This document shows positions 1 to 12,779 of a stretch of 64,000 nt of DNA, one piece after another. Source of the stretch: Callorhinchus milii (lineage: Eukaryota); contig NW_024704743.1 of the NCBI RefSeq assembly GCF_018977255.1, forward strand, positions 51,028,001 to 51,092,000. The letters run 5' to 3'. The notes below the pieces were generated by a model, which searched no databases, was not told the DNA's origin, and worked only from the letters and a program-made list of their open reading frames with translations. Every line of letters begins with the position of its first letter. The stretch's first letter is position 1. Both the position numbers and the translations under genes were made by a program.

Positions 1-650
1 TCATGGCATATGCTCGCAAAAACATCGGGCGTTCCTTCCATTACCTCGATTATCTAAAACAAATAAACTGTTAAAAATTAATTTATATTAATCACTTTTT
101 TTGCCTTTTACTCCCTTCAGCTCTACAGTGTCTCAACCAACTCCTGAATACATTTTTTTAACGATGTTCAGCTCCTTCCTTGCACCTCACGATGTCTGGC
201 ACTCAGACGACTAAACTCGGGTGGTCTTTTTTTAAGACTCCTACATTTATTCAGTGAATCTATGTTGAACGTTTGCATTTCATATTAATGACGATTTGTT
301 TGGCAACATTTTTCATTCAACACTTTTGGTGACTATATATCTTCCTACTTTCATCTGTCTGTTATTTATATTGGAATCCCTTATAGTGTATCATTCCTTT
401 TTAATATATGTTTATTCTGGAATGTTTATATATTTGGTGTGATGGTAAATCTTTCAACAACATTTTAGAAATGTTGCTGCTGTGCCCAGGCGTTAAGCAG
501 ATCTGAAGAGGAGTAGGATTTTGTTACTTGACTCATGAGCTATCAATGGAACCTTATCATCTTCACCCATCTTATCAGCTAAATTTAGACATGGGTCTGC
601 AGAGATATAATGCAGTAGCTGAAGTCACCACACAATTTAACCTCCCCACC

Positions 651-688
651 CTCTCTCTCTCTCTCTCTCTCTCACACACACGCACACA
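651..688. repeat. Compound (CT)n(CA)n microsatellite
   Basis: (CT)11 followed by cacacacacgcacaca. Confidence 0.95.
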
Positions 689-1298
689 AATGTCTCCCTT
701 TTTCACAAATGATCACATGAAATTTTTTTTAATGAAAAACCTGATCCCATATTTAATTCCAATATTTTTACAGTGTCTGATGCAACATACGAAATGGAAT
801 GACAAAGGTACATGACCATGCTTTCATAACTCTCTCCATGCCTTTTATGCTATACTTTGTAAAGCTCCTGAAGACAGCTCTGTGGAGGAGTGGGACCCAT
901 AACAGCTATATTTATACCATGAATAATAACCGGTTAACTACCATGAAAGTGTTTTCCCCATGGCCAACTAGATTACTTCTTCAGTAATATATTGAATTAA
1001 TGGTCCATATCTTTGGACTTCCTCTCTTTATAAATATATTTAGACTATCCTCCTTGGGGGGAGGGTGAGTAAGCAGTGTCTCCATAAAGCTGAACTGACT
1101 CCACGGTAACACACTTTGCATCACACCATCGAAATAACGTCAAACCTCTGTGGCGGTTTTGATTGACCAGTTCCTGAGCCGGGTGGCTCACAGTACTCCA
1201 AGTCACTGCGGATTACAGACCATCCATCTTGGCTCATCAACAGAATATGGAAGGGAAGAGTGGTTACTAGGACCAGAAATTCTTCTCATTTGGCTCCT

Positions 1299-1488
1299 GC
1301 CCTCCGCCTTACCCCCTCTCTCCCCTTTTTCAAGTCCTGCCTGAAAATCTTCCTCTTTGATCGTGCTTACAGCCACCTCTCCAACAACACCCCCACAACC
1401 ACCCTCTGGAGTTAGGCTATGCCACTGTTAACTGCGCTGAGATGCTACCCTGTATGGAGGGTGCTTTATAAGTGCAAGTTGTTGATGT
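1299..1488 (+). mobile_element. L2 LINE 3' end fragment
   Basis: ttcaagtcctgcctgaaaatcttcctctttga (FKS.LK..LFD-like) then gggtgctttataagtgcaagttgttg tail shared with the other L2 copies. Confidence 0.75.
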
Positions 1489-1507
1489 TAAACCCTAAAC
1501 TCTAATT

Positions 1508-1795
1508 TGCCAGATATTGCTCTCATTGACTAGCCAAATAAGTCTAGCTGGTTAAACTCCAGCAGCACCCTATCACACACACTCTGGGGTCCCCAAGCCT
1601 TGGCTCTTGCCAACCTAACACTTTCTGGAAATAGATAATCACTCAGTCTTTCCAGAGTGAGAGTGTGCAATCCATTCCAGACGGAAATTTCCACCTGCAG
1701 ATGGAAATCATATGTGGATCTCTCGGTCTAGTCTGGATACTCTTAAGCAAGGCAATAGGTTTCTGTAGGTGTCAGATATCCGATTGATCAAAAGA
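1508..1795 (-). repeat. Unclassified dispersed repeat, copy A (strand arbitrary)
   Basis: Reverse complement of 1890-2150 (ggctcttgccaac/gttggcaagagcc; tggatactctta/taagagtatcca); also matches 47329-47465, 55268-55398 and 62510-62574. Confidence 0.8.
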
Positions 1796-1811
1796 AGCCC
1801 AATAAGCTTTC

Positions 1812-2260
1812 CTGATGGTTCAGTTAGTGTGAAGCCGAGCCATAAAAAAAACCTCAGGTGCTGAGTTAAATGATCTTTGCAAGCCTCTTTTGGGGGATCA
1901 GCTAGGTGTCTGACACATGTGGAAACGCATCACCATCCATAAGAGTATCCAAACCAAACTGAGAATTCTGTGGCATCCCACCTACACTAGAAATTCTAGA
2001 GATAGATTGTCGAAATGGAGGGACACATCCGGCTTACCTAATTCCGGACAGTATTAGGCACAAGTTGGCAAGAGCCAATACCCAGTAATGCATGTTGAGG
2101 TACTGCTTGAATCTAACCAGCTAAAACGGCAAAGCGTGCCAATTGATCCAATGGAGTTGCTACAATTGGCCTCAGCTCCCTGAGGCTAGAAAGAGGTTAA
2201 AATAAAATCAGCCAGGGTTCTGTCCACTGATCAGCATCCAGCAACCTCCACTGGTACAAT
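1812..2260 (+). mobile_element. Old tRNA-headed SINE-like element interrupted by repeat copy B
   Basis: Head ctgatggttcagtt...gagccata...gtgctgagtta resumes at gctacaattggcctcag...aaaatcagccagggttc; a diverged reverse-complement copy lies at 35600-35820. Confidence 0.5.
1890..2150 (+). repeat. Unclassified dispersed repeat, copy B
   Basis: Inverted partner of 1508-1795; cttacctaattccggacagtatt...tctaaccagctaaaa matches 47329 onward. Confidence 0.8.
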
Positions 2261-2383
2261 CTCCATATTTTGACCTTTTGCTTTGTAAGCACTTGGGAAG
2301 CACTGAGTTTTATTGGTGGAAAGTGCGCACAGTGCCTTCCGTGTGATATTCCGGTTTGTGAGTGTTCATCACTGGAAAGCTCT

Positions 2384-2935
2384 ACAACAACAACTTGGAT
2401 TTATATAGCACCCTCCACAAGCGTCTCAGAGAGCTTCACAGTAACGGATCCCGGGGCCGAGCCAGGGGGAGGAAGGTGACCAAAGGCACGATCGAAAAGA
2501 AAGGTCTTCAGCAGAGACCTGAAAGTAGGAAGAGAAGGGGTGAGGCGAAGGACGTTCCAGAGTTTCATGGCATAGTGGCTGAAGGCATGGCTGCCTGGAG
2601 TGGAGGACTCAGGGGGACAAGGAGGAGACCCGGAGGAACGAAGGCAACGGGCACTGTTTTGCAGAGAGAGGAAGTCAGAGAGGTAGGGGGTGCGGAGGAG
2701 TGGAGGGATTTAAAGACAAGGGTGAGGATCTTGAAATCAATCCTCTCTGGGACAGGTAGCCAGTGCAGTCTGGCGAGGACTGGGGTAATCGGGGAGTGGA
2801 GTTTGGTGCGGGTGAGAATGCGGGCAGCAGAGTTTTGAATAATCTGGATTTTATGGATGGTAGTGGAGGGGGGGCCGACGAGGAAGGCATTTGAATAGTC
2901 CAGCCGAGAGGTGACAAAGGCAGCACCGTAGCCCA
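2384..2935 (-). mobile_element. 5'-truncated L2 LINE (ORF2 C-terminus plus 3' tail)
   Basis: AFVTSRLDYSN...IQNSAARILT...ITPVLARLHWLPV..RIDFKIL is the typical L2 ORF2 C-terminus; (CAA)n at 2384 is the (TTG)n tail. Confidence 0.93.
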
Positions 2936-4000
2936 TGACAAGAATCTGTTTTCACAACGAGGCTCTGGGGCCACAGTAACAAGCACACTGAGGTGATAAT
3001 AATCCCCTGGACACTGCTCCCCTACCTAGACATCCATTACACTGTGATATGGTACTGCACAAGTTCATTATAGCATGAACCAAGAGTGTGATGAGGGAGG
3101 CTGTTGAGACTGAGAGCAAGATCTGAAGTCATAATAATAATAATAAGGGTTATGAGGGTTACTCGCTGACAATGTGATACTGTCGAGGCACATTTTTATT
3201 TAGCACTTGTGCTACCCTGCCCTGCTGAGGCAAAAGAGCAGGTCCCTGTTTTAGGGCCGGATGACAAAGTAGGTCAACATGTTGCAGTGTCAATGGCGAA
3301 GGTCCCTGGCATGGGGAGACACAACGTCAAGAGCACCTGCACGTTGATGGTAACCTTGGAGAGAGACACTTTCAGATGTGCTCTTTTACTCTCCCACGTG
3401 GGTATGGGATGTACCTAAGTGGGCTGGTGAGTACACAAATAAGTAGTCAGTGGTGATGGAGTAGGAAAAGGAAATAAACAGCTGGAATGCTAAGCAGATT
3501 GTTCGAGTTGTATACTTGTATATGGTTTGTTTTCACAGATAAAGAAGTAATTTCAGCACAAAACTATAAGTCTTGAAGCCTCTTTCTATGTTTTAACTTA
3601 CTAAGTCTTTCGTGAATATCTTTAAACAAAGGTGTATGGTCTGCAATGCCACCAGAACCATGATTTACACTGTTCCAAAGAGCTGTATATATATAAGGTG
3701 CCATTTTTCCTCTAAAAATGTCCAAATTTCCTAGGCTAAGAAGCTCCTCCCAGAATACGTGCCACAGTTAGATCCTTTCCAAAGTTGAACAGCAAAGCCG
3801 TGACTCCAAAAAAAAACATATAAACCCATCCAAATCTTCGCAACAACTTAACATATGAATGTCTTAAACCACTGCCCAAATGACAAGGCCAGTCTAAATG
3901 AATCTTCTTTGTACCGACAGAATTTCTAGTCTCTATTCATTGACTGAAAATTAAGGTGACTGTCATAGGCATGAAACATCACGTTGTTCCATCAGATCTT

Positions 4001-4107
4001 AATAATAATCCTTGCATTTGATATAGCGCTTTTCACGTTTTCTAGATGTCTCAAAGTGCTTCACAGAATATACTGTAAAGTGAATTGATCGTATATTTGT
4101 GGGTGAT
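4001..4107 (-). mobile_element. SINE 3' fragment
   Basis: aataataatccttgcatttgatatagcgc...cacagaatatactgtaaagtgaattga, nearly identical to the 3' end of the copy at 38154. Confidence 0.85.
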
Positions 4108-7100
4108 CTTAATTTAATCTTAAATTAAGTCAAATTTTTTGTACATAAAACAATGATATATAGCAACATAACTCATACTAAATTAGTTGAAATCCATGTC
4201 CATATCGTTGAATTTATGAGACCATTTAGAAATTATAGGTAGGAGATATTTCTAACTGATATTTCATGTGATTTCCTGTGATCTCCTTGTTATTCCTTGC
4301 GGTCCCTCAATATAGGGTTGCAGATTGTGTTGAGAAAAAGGAGTGTGTGCAAAATCCCAATAGTCTTTGCAGAATACATAACCTTCAGATGAACTTAATC
4401 TATCATTAATCAGTTGCTGGAATGTGGCTACCTTACATGTAGCATTGGGAAAGATAGGGTGGTCATTTAGGATAATTTCAAAATAAACACATCTGCACTT
4501 ATTCTTTAAAAAGAGAATGTCAGTTTTCCTGGAGCAGTTGACATGGTGCAGGTTAAATACCTGTGTTGTTGTTTCTGGAAAAAGAAAGAATCTTGTAAAG
4601 TTCATCAGAATGATAAATCTTTTCCCCAACAAATAGTCAACTAATTTCAGAAGCTGTAAATCACTGGTGCCTGCCAGCTCGCTCTGATTCCTATCTCCCC
4701 TAAAATATTACAGGCAATTTTTCATTGTGGCAGGATTTCTGTTCTACTGTCTTCAGGGAGCTTTTTTTCCAAGCAATAAATATATGGTGTGGTGTTTCAG
4801 GCTTTTTAGTCAGGGAAAGTTACAGCATTTCATTTAAACATACGCTCGCTTGAGTTTCCCTGTGTCTTTCTGAACTGCAGATGCCAGTGCCTTGCAAAAG
4901 TTTGTTTTATATGTTCAAATACAGATTGAAAATTGTGTTGTAAAAGCTATCAAGTCAGTGTTGGAAAAGCACACCCGGTACGGTTCTGTTAAGCATGAAA
5001 TTTAGGAGGAGTTTTGACTCTAAGAAACAAGTGTCTCTGACATCCCTTGGTGAGATAAATCAGTTAAAATTCAGCGATTTATAGGGATTTAGATATACAG
5101 GCAGCTGTACGTTTGACACTTGCAGATATGGGTTGCTTCAAAACCATGATTTCATGATTCTTGTATCAAACCTTTTTAATAAGTTTGTTATCAACAGGGT
5201 TTGTTAAAGTGGGAATTCACATGGTGTCTTTTTTTCTGGGTCAGAAAGCACATCTATTTGCAAGCATCCTCTAGTGTGGGAAACCCAGCAAAGAAAATAT
5301 TTTGTTTTACAAGCTGCACCTCAATTTAGAAACTGGATTCAGACAAATTGTCCATTGTGGGCTTTTTTCTTAATCTGTTTTTCATTTTAAAAAGTAAGGG
5401 GAAAAGGCTGTCCATCCTGTTTTTCTAAAGTTCCCTCAGGTAAGATACTACACTGAATGGTGGAGTGCTTATTGCCTGAGCGGAATGACCACAGGCCCCA
5501 GCCAGAGTTTCACTCAGAATCTATTGCTGAGATAAATCAGTTCCATTCCTGTTATAGTAGTTCTGTCTTATTGAGGGTGAAAGCAGGTTGGGGTGGGGTG
5601 GGAGGGGGAGAAATTCTACCACAACAACTTGCATTTCTATAGCACACTTTATGCAGTTTAGAATCTCGGAGCGCTGTCAATTATGAAGAGGATGACAGGA
5701 AAATTAACATGAATATTATTACTTTTTTAAAGAGGTATGTTGAATGGCAGTCTTGTGGTGTCTGCATCCTCATCCAACCTGGAGTTAACAACAACTTGTG
5801 ATTATTCTCTGGGTAGGGGATGGGAGAGATGCGGTAGTCTCGATGGAGTCAGCCTGGGTTTATTGTGACATACCTGGTGAAGAGGGAGCAGAAGTGAGAC
5901 AACTCTCCACCTAAACCAGATTAGTCTATCATATTGCATCAACGAATGACCAGTTTGTCTGACATCAATAGTATCCCGAAGTACCATTCTTTGCTCTGGC
6001 TTGCATGTATGAAAGACATTGTTGAAAAATAAGGATCTTTTATGACACTTGGCAAATTCTCTGACACATGTATTTACATTTGGGATGAGAAATGTGCTGA
6101 CGTTTCCTGGATGCAAGCTTCATTGTGGTGTTAGTTCAGCTTCAAGACATTTGTCAGAGAATTTGCTGCTTCACAATTTTAAACAGCAGGACCTTTGGGA
6201 ATGTCGTTATACATGGACATCATGTAAACTCACAAGGCATTTCCATTCCATCACAGTATTTGTAGGATACATTGCATTTTTACCAAATAACCCTTGTAGG
6301 ATAATGTCTTGAAACTACTGCTTCATTTTGGAAGCCTTCTTCGTTCTCCCGAAAGCAAAATTTTGTTGATCGTTTTTAGTTTTAAATTGCATTCCTCACA
6401 ACTGCACTTGCTAACACCTAGACTTAAGCTTGTTTAGATGTAAATTCAGATGAACATTACTGGTCCTTTCCATTAGCTGCTAATCGCTTGTACAAATCGC
6501 TCTGCTTATTCGAAGCACTTTCATTTTCAATTTATAGCCAATGCTCATTTGTGATCTACATTATCTCCATCTGCATGTGTGTTATGAAAATCTCAGCAAA
6601 TTAAAAACCCATTCTTTGTTCCAAACAATCGTTCGGAACTACTTTAGATGATTCTAGCAATAATGTTAATAGGGATCATTCTGGAGGCTGCTGATTGTCA
6701 ACCGGAGTACTGCTCATCTTCAAGATGATGATCAGGCAGTTCCTCACATGATTCTAGTTAGTGTCATAATGCAATAGTGGCCAAGGAGGTATGTTAGATA
6801 TTAGCTAATGCCAAAGCACAGTATTTTTCAACAATGCTGACCTTTAAGTAACACCTCTGTCAGACAATGTCTCAGATCATTCAGCATCAATGTTGTGACT
6901 TAATTGAAAGATGTGAAGGTCTCATAATACTCCTCCTGCTTCATACAGTCAATTACATTTTGGCAAATGAGCAGTAGCAGTTCTAAAGGGCATTGGTTGA
7001 CTGCAGTTGTGAGGCGTGCATAATCATCTGTGTGCTGAATAAAGGATGTTTCTCCACTTGTCATTAAAGCCTTGATGCGAAGCATGTATTAAACTCCACT

Positions 7101-7686
7101 GGTCAGTATCTTGGAATATTGTGTTTATTAATTTTGGAAGTTGTGCTTATTTGGGGATTTGTCAATCACAACACAATCATATTTTCCCAAGCATGACTGA
7201 CACTTTCATATCTCGAAATATTAACTTAAATGAGTGGGCGGGCCAACTGGCAATTTTCTCTCAAATGCATTGACCGGTCCAGGCATCAGCACTGTTGAAG
7301 AAGCCAGAAGTTTACCCGTCAGTAGAGGTTGCCAGTCAGTTCCACGACTGGCCTACAATTGATCTGACACTAAAATAAGGATTTTGTATTCCCATGAATA
7401 ATTAATGGTACAAAATATGGGAAAAAGGTGAATTAGGTGAAGTGGGACAGCAGGGCAGTACTTTTTAACATGAATTCTCCTATCACTAGATGTTTCCCAT
7501 TCTGACTAATAAGTCCCAGAGTACAAAAGTTCATACTCCTTTGTTTAACCTTCACAAAATGGTAGCATTCCTTTGTTTTACTCTTGTTAAACTACTGTAA
7601 CTAGTTCCCAAGAGATCAAGATAAGATGATCCGATAATATAATGGAATTAAGTCTATGTTTGATTCTGACATAATTGGTTGGAAAC

Positions 7687-8355
7687 CTGGGACCCCTTCT
7701 GCTTCTGGTATATACAGATGACCTGGATTTGCATACTCAGTGCAAGGTACATTGAGTATGCAGAGGAAACCAAGCAAAGAGTGAGTATGGAATCAGAGAA
7801 AGCAGCCAAGACCTTACAAAGCAAAATTGATAGACTTTGCACCTGGGCTGATCACAGTCAAAGTTCAATACAGATAAATCCAAGGTGCTGTACAACTAAA
7901 AAAAGGAGGCACAGGAATTTGAGGATGAAATAGAACTTACCAAGAGGGAAGTTGAAAGAAACCTAGGGATATTAGTTGACTTGTCACTCACTCAGTTTAC
8001 ACAAAATACTGGCATCTATGATATAAGGGCACTGGCCAGACCTTAGAGACAGTGCTGAGGACTGCAATGAGACTGATAAGGTAATAATCCTTGCATTTGA
8101 TATAGCGCCTTTCATGTCAGCAGGACATCTCAAAAAGGGATATGTGATTTACTGTAAATCACTACTGCGTAGTGAAAGTGAAATGAACTGATAGAATTGT
8201 ACAAATTTACAGCACAGAAAGAGGCCATTCATTCCATCGAGTCTGCATTGGCGCTCAAAGTAATGAGTAGCGACAAGATAAACTAGGCCTCATCAACCTT
8301 GCAGGAGATTCTTATGCAGGTATATAAGATCCTAAGTAGGATCGAGAAAGTAAAA
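7687..8355 (+). mobile_element. Degraded CR1 LINE RT remnant with nested SINE tail (8083-8112) and CR1 3' end (8190-8255)
   Basis: Frames give LGPLLLLVYTDDLD, EYAEETK (KFADDTK-like) and LQSKIDRLCTWAD, which are CR1 RT motifs. Confidence 0.75.
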
Positions 8356-8944
8356 CAAAAACAAGAGTTAATTTAAAAATAGTTGCATGTTTTTGATACT
8401 TCATTGCATAAATAGTATTGTCGATGGGTATAATGATGATCAATATCCTCTATATCACTGTCAAATGTTCAGATGGGAATATTCTATTCAAAAACAGGCT
8501 AGGATCCTACCAGTATCCTGTTCAAAAACTATTATAAAAATGTAAGTATATAATTCTTTGTGACCTTTTCCCCCATTTGTTGTGAGCAATTTTGTTTGTG
8601 CACATGCCAACATTGAAGGAAGTATGTTGGAGATATCAATGAGCCTGACATTGAAAGGAAGTTGCATTAATATCATTTCATACAATAATCCTCACAGCAG
8701 ATTTTTCGGAGATGGCCTTTCAACTCAACATGTCAATCTGAAGCTCTTACATCATCAGGTTTAACAACTCCTCCCAGCCAGTTTCAATTAAATGATTTTA
8801 GCAGGATTACTGATTTCAATATAAATATATCCCCGCCCAAAAAAACAGGGAAAAAGTTATGCAAATTGGATGTGAAAATTTACCAGAATTCTTTGCTAGA
8901 GTTTGATATAAGATTACTTCTGTTAATTCTCTGTAATAATATAA

Positions 8945-9090
8945 GATAATAAACCTTGACTTACATTTGATTTAATAACTCATTATGTCAAGACGTCTCA
9001 AAGCATTTCACAGGATTTTACTGTAAAGTGTAGTGACTTTGCATTTGTCAAGGGACAATTTGCACAAACCAATGGCCCACAAACAGCCAA
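8945..9090 (-). mobile_element. Old SINE 3' fragment
   Basis: gtctcaaagcatttcacaggattttactgtaaagtgtagtgac...cccacaaacagcc. Confidence 0.7.
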
Positions 9091-10479
9091 CAATGAAACT
9101 AAATAGGTCCCAGTATGCACTACAGTATTCTGTGTTTTCTTTTTAGTAAGATACATTTATAAGGAATTGCTTCAGTGAGAGTTAACCAATAAAAATGATC
9201 TAATACAAAAAGTCTGAAAACTGTTTATTTCTCCGCATATTCATATAATCAGAGATTGATCTGTGTTGCTTTGCTAATATAATTAAGTTGGATGAGCTTA
9301 AAAGCCCTTGGCTAGCCAACATGTCAATTACAAATGAGTTTACCTTTGAATATATTCAAACTTAGTCCGATAATTTATTGCTAGAAATATAAACCAAACC
9401 ATCTGTATGACACTTTAGGTTATTAATTACTGCAGTGCCCAAAGGCCAATTAAAACACGTCTGTTTAAATATTTTCCATGTAAGTCAATGTTGAAGTGTT
9501 AAAGAAAGTACATGTCACTCACCCCAATCTGCACAATAAAGTTTCAGTTTACCAAGTGCACATCATTACGTAGGATGACTATTGGATGTATTTGGGAAGA
9601 TTAGGTTTGGGAAAATAATGTACATATTTGATTCTTATCATGGTATTGCAGAAAAGTTCCCAATCTTTTCACAAATGCTTTGAACTGTATGTTTAATAAA
9701 TTGTATTAAAAATGAATCACCCATTGATAGGTTTTTAAGTGAATTCCTACGAGAGCATGGGCCTCACCAGTTGATGTGTGTTCATGGGTACAACTATGGA
9801 ACAGACCGTCCCACAGGCAATATGCAAGGTCATTCAAAAACAAATCTCTGTAGTCATTTGTAGAAGCCATGAACAACTCTATCCATCAGCATTGTTTGGA
9901 GTAGACATGATCACGTGCATCACAATGCCAGATAATAAAAATATTTCACATCAAGATAAGATTCGGTTGTTGATGGACTTCCAATGAGGCCCTTAGATAT
10001 CAACAAAGGGAGGTTAATCATGGTAAAGGTTTGCACTGCAGATACTTTCAAATTACTTGCCAGCAATTACCCCCTTTGGAGAACTCTTTCATCATTTCCA
10101 TGGAAGTGCTTCTGGACACCCTCAGTCTAATGCAGCCAATGGCTTAACATTGGAAATAAGTTTGAGTATTGCATTCCACCAATGGTAAGTACACAGGAGA
10201 GAAAGCAGCAGATAAAAACTAAAATTGAACATTTACAGATTTAAAATGTCAGTTGTGGTGTATTTTGAATTCCAGATATTTGCTGCTCGCTTTTTAGTGG
10301 TCATATAAAAGTTTCACCACATGTCAACAGCTGGAACACGTGTATAATATTAAGTTGCCCATTAGCTGAATGAAGATATAAGATTCAGGGGGAAATTACA
10401 GTACTAATACTTCTCTCACAGTTACTGTTATTCCAAGCTCGCAGCTGGAGTAGATCAAGGATAAAATGATAAATTTTCT

Positions 10480-10790
10480 TACTGCAGAACATGCTGTTTC
10501 TGTTCAGGCATAGCTACAGCTGAAATAAATACTAGCGTTTATTAATGAAATGCGACATACTGCAGATAAATGAGACGCTAATTGTGCTTAAAGGTAATTC
10601 TGCCCTGATCTAAATCACTGAGACATATAATGTCTCTAGTCTGCTGCTGTGTGATTTAGTGTTCATAATGTGGTTAATTTGTGTGCTTCTGTGTTTATTG
10701 CAAGTGAACATCAAAGGTAATTCAATTTGTTATCATAAATAAATGTTAAAATATTAGCAGCGGCAAATGACAATCTGGGACAATCGTGAT
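10480..10790. promoter_or_regulatory. Candidate conserved non-coding element / enhancer
   Basis: TE-free; TCF/LEF ACATCAAAG 10708-10716, Fox-like TGTTTAT at 10692, several TAAT cores; conservation not verifiable here. Confidence 0.3.
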
Positions 10791-11440
10791 AGAATATTAA
10801 AAAAAACTATCATTTAAATTTCACCACAACTAACATTGTAAATCTATAAATGTACAGTTTTAGTTTTTATTTCCTTCTTTCTTTCCTGTGTACTTACTAC
10901 TGGTGGAAGGACTGTTCAATGTGATATTTGTAATTCATGCAAATAATGTTTTCATACACTATATATAATATATAAAATATTAATTACCCTGTTGGCAGAA
11001 GTTGTGGAAATTCATCTTCTAAAGGATACTAAAAGATTATTTGGAAAAATAAAGGGAACTCACAGACTGAGCATAATAGGAGGGACATTGGGTGGTGGGG
11101 GTCCTTTTCCATAGAAACTGTTTGCTTGTTCAATACAACAATCTTTCATTGCAGTGTCAAAAGGTAGAGCAATACCCAATTTATTACCCCTGCTGACAAA
11201 AGTGCCCTCTTGCCCTCGTTCTTCAATGGGTTGACAGGCAGGCCAATTGGCAAGTCCGGATTTTTGAAATTAAAAGGTCAAATGTTCCTAAGCACTGGAT
11301 CACCAAAGTGGTTTGATATTGTGCAGGAAGCACGCGGCATGCAAGCCAGTATTTGTCTTGGGATAGAGTGAAGAAAAGAACTTGGCATGAAGTAATGTCA
11401 GATCAAATTTAGACAAATTTAGTTGTGTGGAGTCCGATAC

Positions 11441-11545
11441 CTGAGACTTCACTTTTGTTTGAAGTTGTTCAGCTCCTTTCATTGTGGTCTTATGATGCCA
11501 GCGCATGATCTTTTTGTAATAAGCTTTTGTTTCAAATGTCAACTG
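11441..11545 (-). CDS. Candidate internal exon (105 nt, phase 0-0) QLTFETKAYYKKIMRWHHKTTMKGAEQLQTKVKSQ
   Basis: Acceptor tttgttttaaatag (NAGNAG), donor CAG|gtatcg (weak); only this frame is open. Confidence 0.35.
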
Positions 11546-11582
11546 CTATTTAAAACAAATAATGTTTGCACAGTCTAACAAT

Positions 11583-12020
11583 TAGGAACATAGGAAAACA
11601 GGAGAACACTCAGCCCATTGAGCCTGTTCCACCAGTTTATTAAACCCCATGCCCTGCTACACAAGTCTATCTTTCTTTTAAACATCCCCATTGGTTTGGC
11701 CTCCACAGCTTTCTGTAGCAGAGCATTCCATATGTTCACAAGCTTCTGTGTAAAGTGATGCTTCCTGATCTCAGCTGCCCTCTCGACTCTCTACCCCCTC
11801 CTCGCTCCCTCCCTTCCCTCCCCTCACCCTGACCATTTCCCCCTGCTCGGGTCCTGACCCAACTGTACAGCGCCTTGGGACGTCCTCCTGACGTGAAAGG
11901 CGCTCAATAAATGGAATCTTGTTGTTGTTGTTCTAACTGTCTAGTTCTGATTTTAAAGCTGTCCCACCCTTGTAATGGATCCCTCCCTCAGAGGGAAGAG
12001 TAATTCACTATCTAATCTGC
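11583..12020 (-). mobile_element. CR1 LINE 3' fragment interrupted by an L2 tail
   Basis: taggaacataggaa...cagcccattgagcctgttcc...gcagagcattcca...cttcctgatctcag, resuming ttctaa after the insert. Confidence 0.7.
11775..11932 (+). mobile_element. Young L2 3' end nested in CR1
   Basis: Nearly identical to 50320-50473 (ccctcaccctgaccatttccccctgctc...gacgtgaaaggcgctc...ttgttgttgttg). Confidence 0.9.
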
Positions 12021-12128
12021 CTTTCATTATTTCATCTTATTTTTATTTCCCTTCCTTTGCATCCAGAGGTATTTCAACTTGTGATTTCCAAGTGTTTTCT
12101 GAGGTGAGGTTACATATTTATGACCCAC

Positions 12129-12225
12129 CTCTTTGATGCATTGGCATAACTCTAACAAAGAATCTAGTGGCTTTTCTGTGCTTTCAGACCCTTCTTCAAA
12201 TATCCCGTTAATCATTTCCAAGGTA
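12129..12225 (-). CDS. Candidate internal exon TLEMINGIFEEGSESTEKPLDSLLELCQCIKE (alternative acceptor at 12233 gives 105 nt)
   Basis: Acceptor aatttcagacccccag, donor GAG|gtgggt; single open frame with E/K-rich composition. Confidence 0.38.
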
Positions 12226-12586
12226 CTGGGGGTCTGAAATTACACCTATTACTAGCCTGGACATTTTGCTTTAAATTTAAGATTGCGCAAAAATGCTTAA
12301 ATTCAGTCTTAATATCAAAACTGGTTCATTTTAAGAAGTGTGGAAAACAGATTTTTGAAATAAGAACTGAATGCAGTGGAGCAATTTTGTACCATTATGC
12401 AAAATCTTAAATTTGAAGGCAAAATAGTTGTAAAGGCTATGACTTGGTGAAATGTTGTGCCTTACATACATTTATCATTAAAACAGTGAAACACCATTGG
12501 TGAGACACCAAACAATTTGACACCAGTTTATTCCAATAACAAATACAATGTATGATTTTGCACTTTTTTCTGTTGATGTGATTTAC

Positions 12587-12647
12587 CTTGAATTAATATC
12601 AGCATCCACAATGTCTGACCTCAGGCACCTGTTGATAATCCTCAGGC
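12587..12647 (-). CDS. Candidate internal exon (61 nt, phase 1-2) LRIINRCLRSDIVDADINS
   Basis: Strong acceptor tccttttgtatttccattgtcag, donor AAG|gtaaat; one open frame. Confidence 0.38.
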
Positions 12648-12779
12648 CTGACAATGGAAATACAAAAGGATGTGCTATCCACAGGCATTTGAGCCAAATA
12701 ACTTGTCTGCTGATAGTAGCCACCACATATTGGAGGCGGACACTCCAGTTCAATGATGGATGGGGGAGGGGCACTCATT

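Noticed and set aside
4264..4632. 122-aa minus-strand ORF with a strong internal acceptor at about 4575
   Set aside because: Ambiguous donor and no recognisable domain; cannot be placed confidently in the exon chain
6840..9880. Apparent repeated peptide LMLNDLRHCL (about 6870) and LFLNDLAYCL (about 9820) on the minus strand
   Set aside because: Short match, nearby in-frame stops and no convincing nucleotide homology; probably chance
10064..10184. Plus-strand exon-like segments (also 26211-26262 and about 57051-57139)
   Set aside because: Isolated, no phase chain and no recognisable protein; within the expected pseudo-exon background
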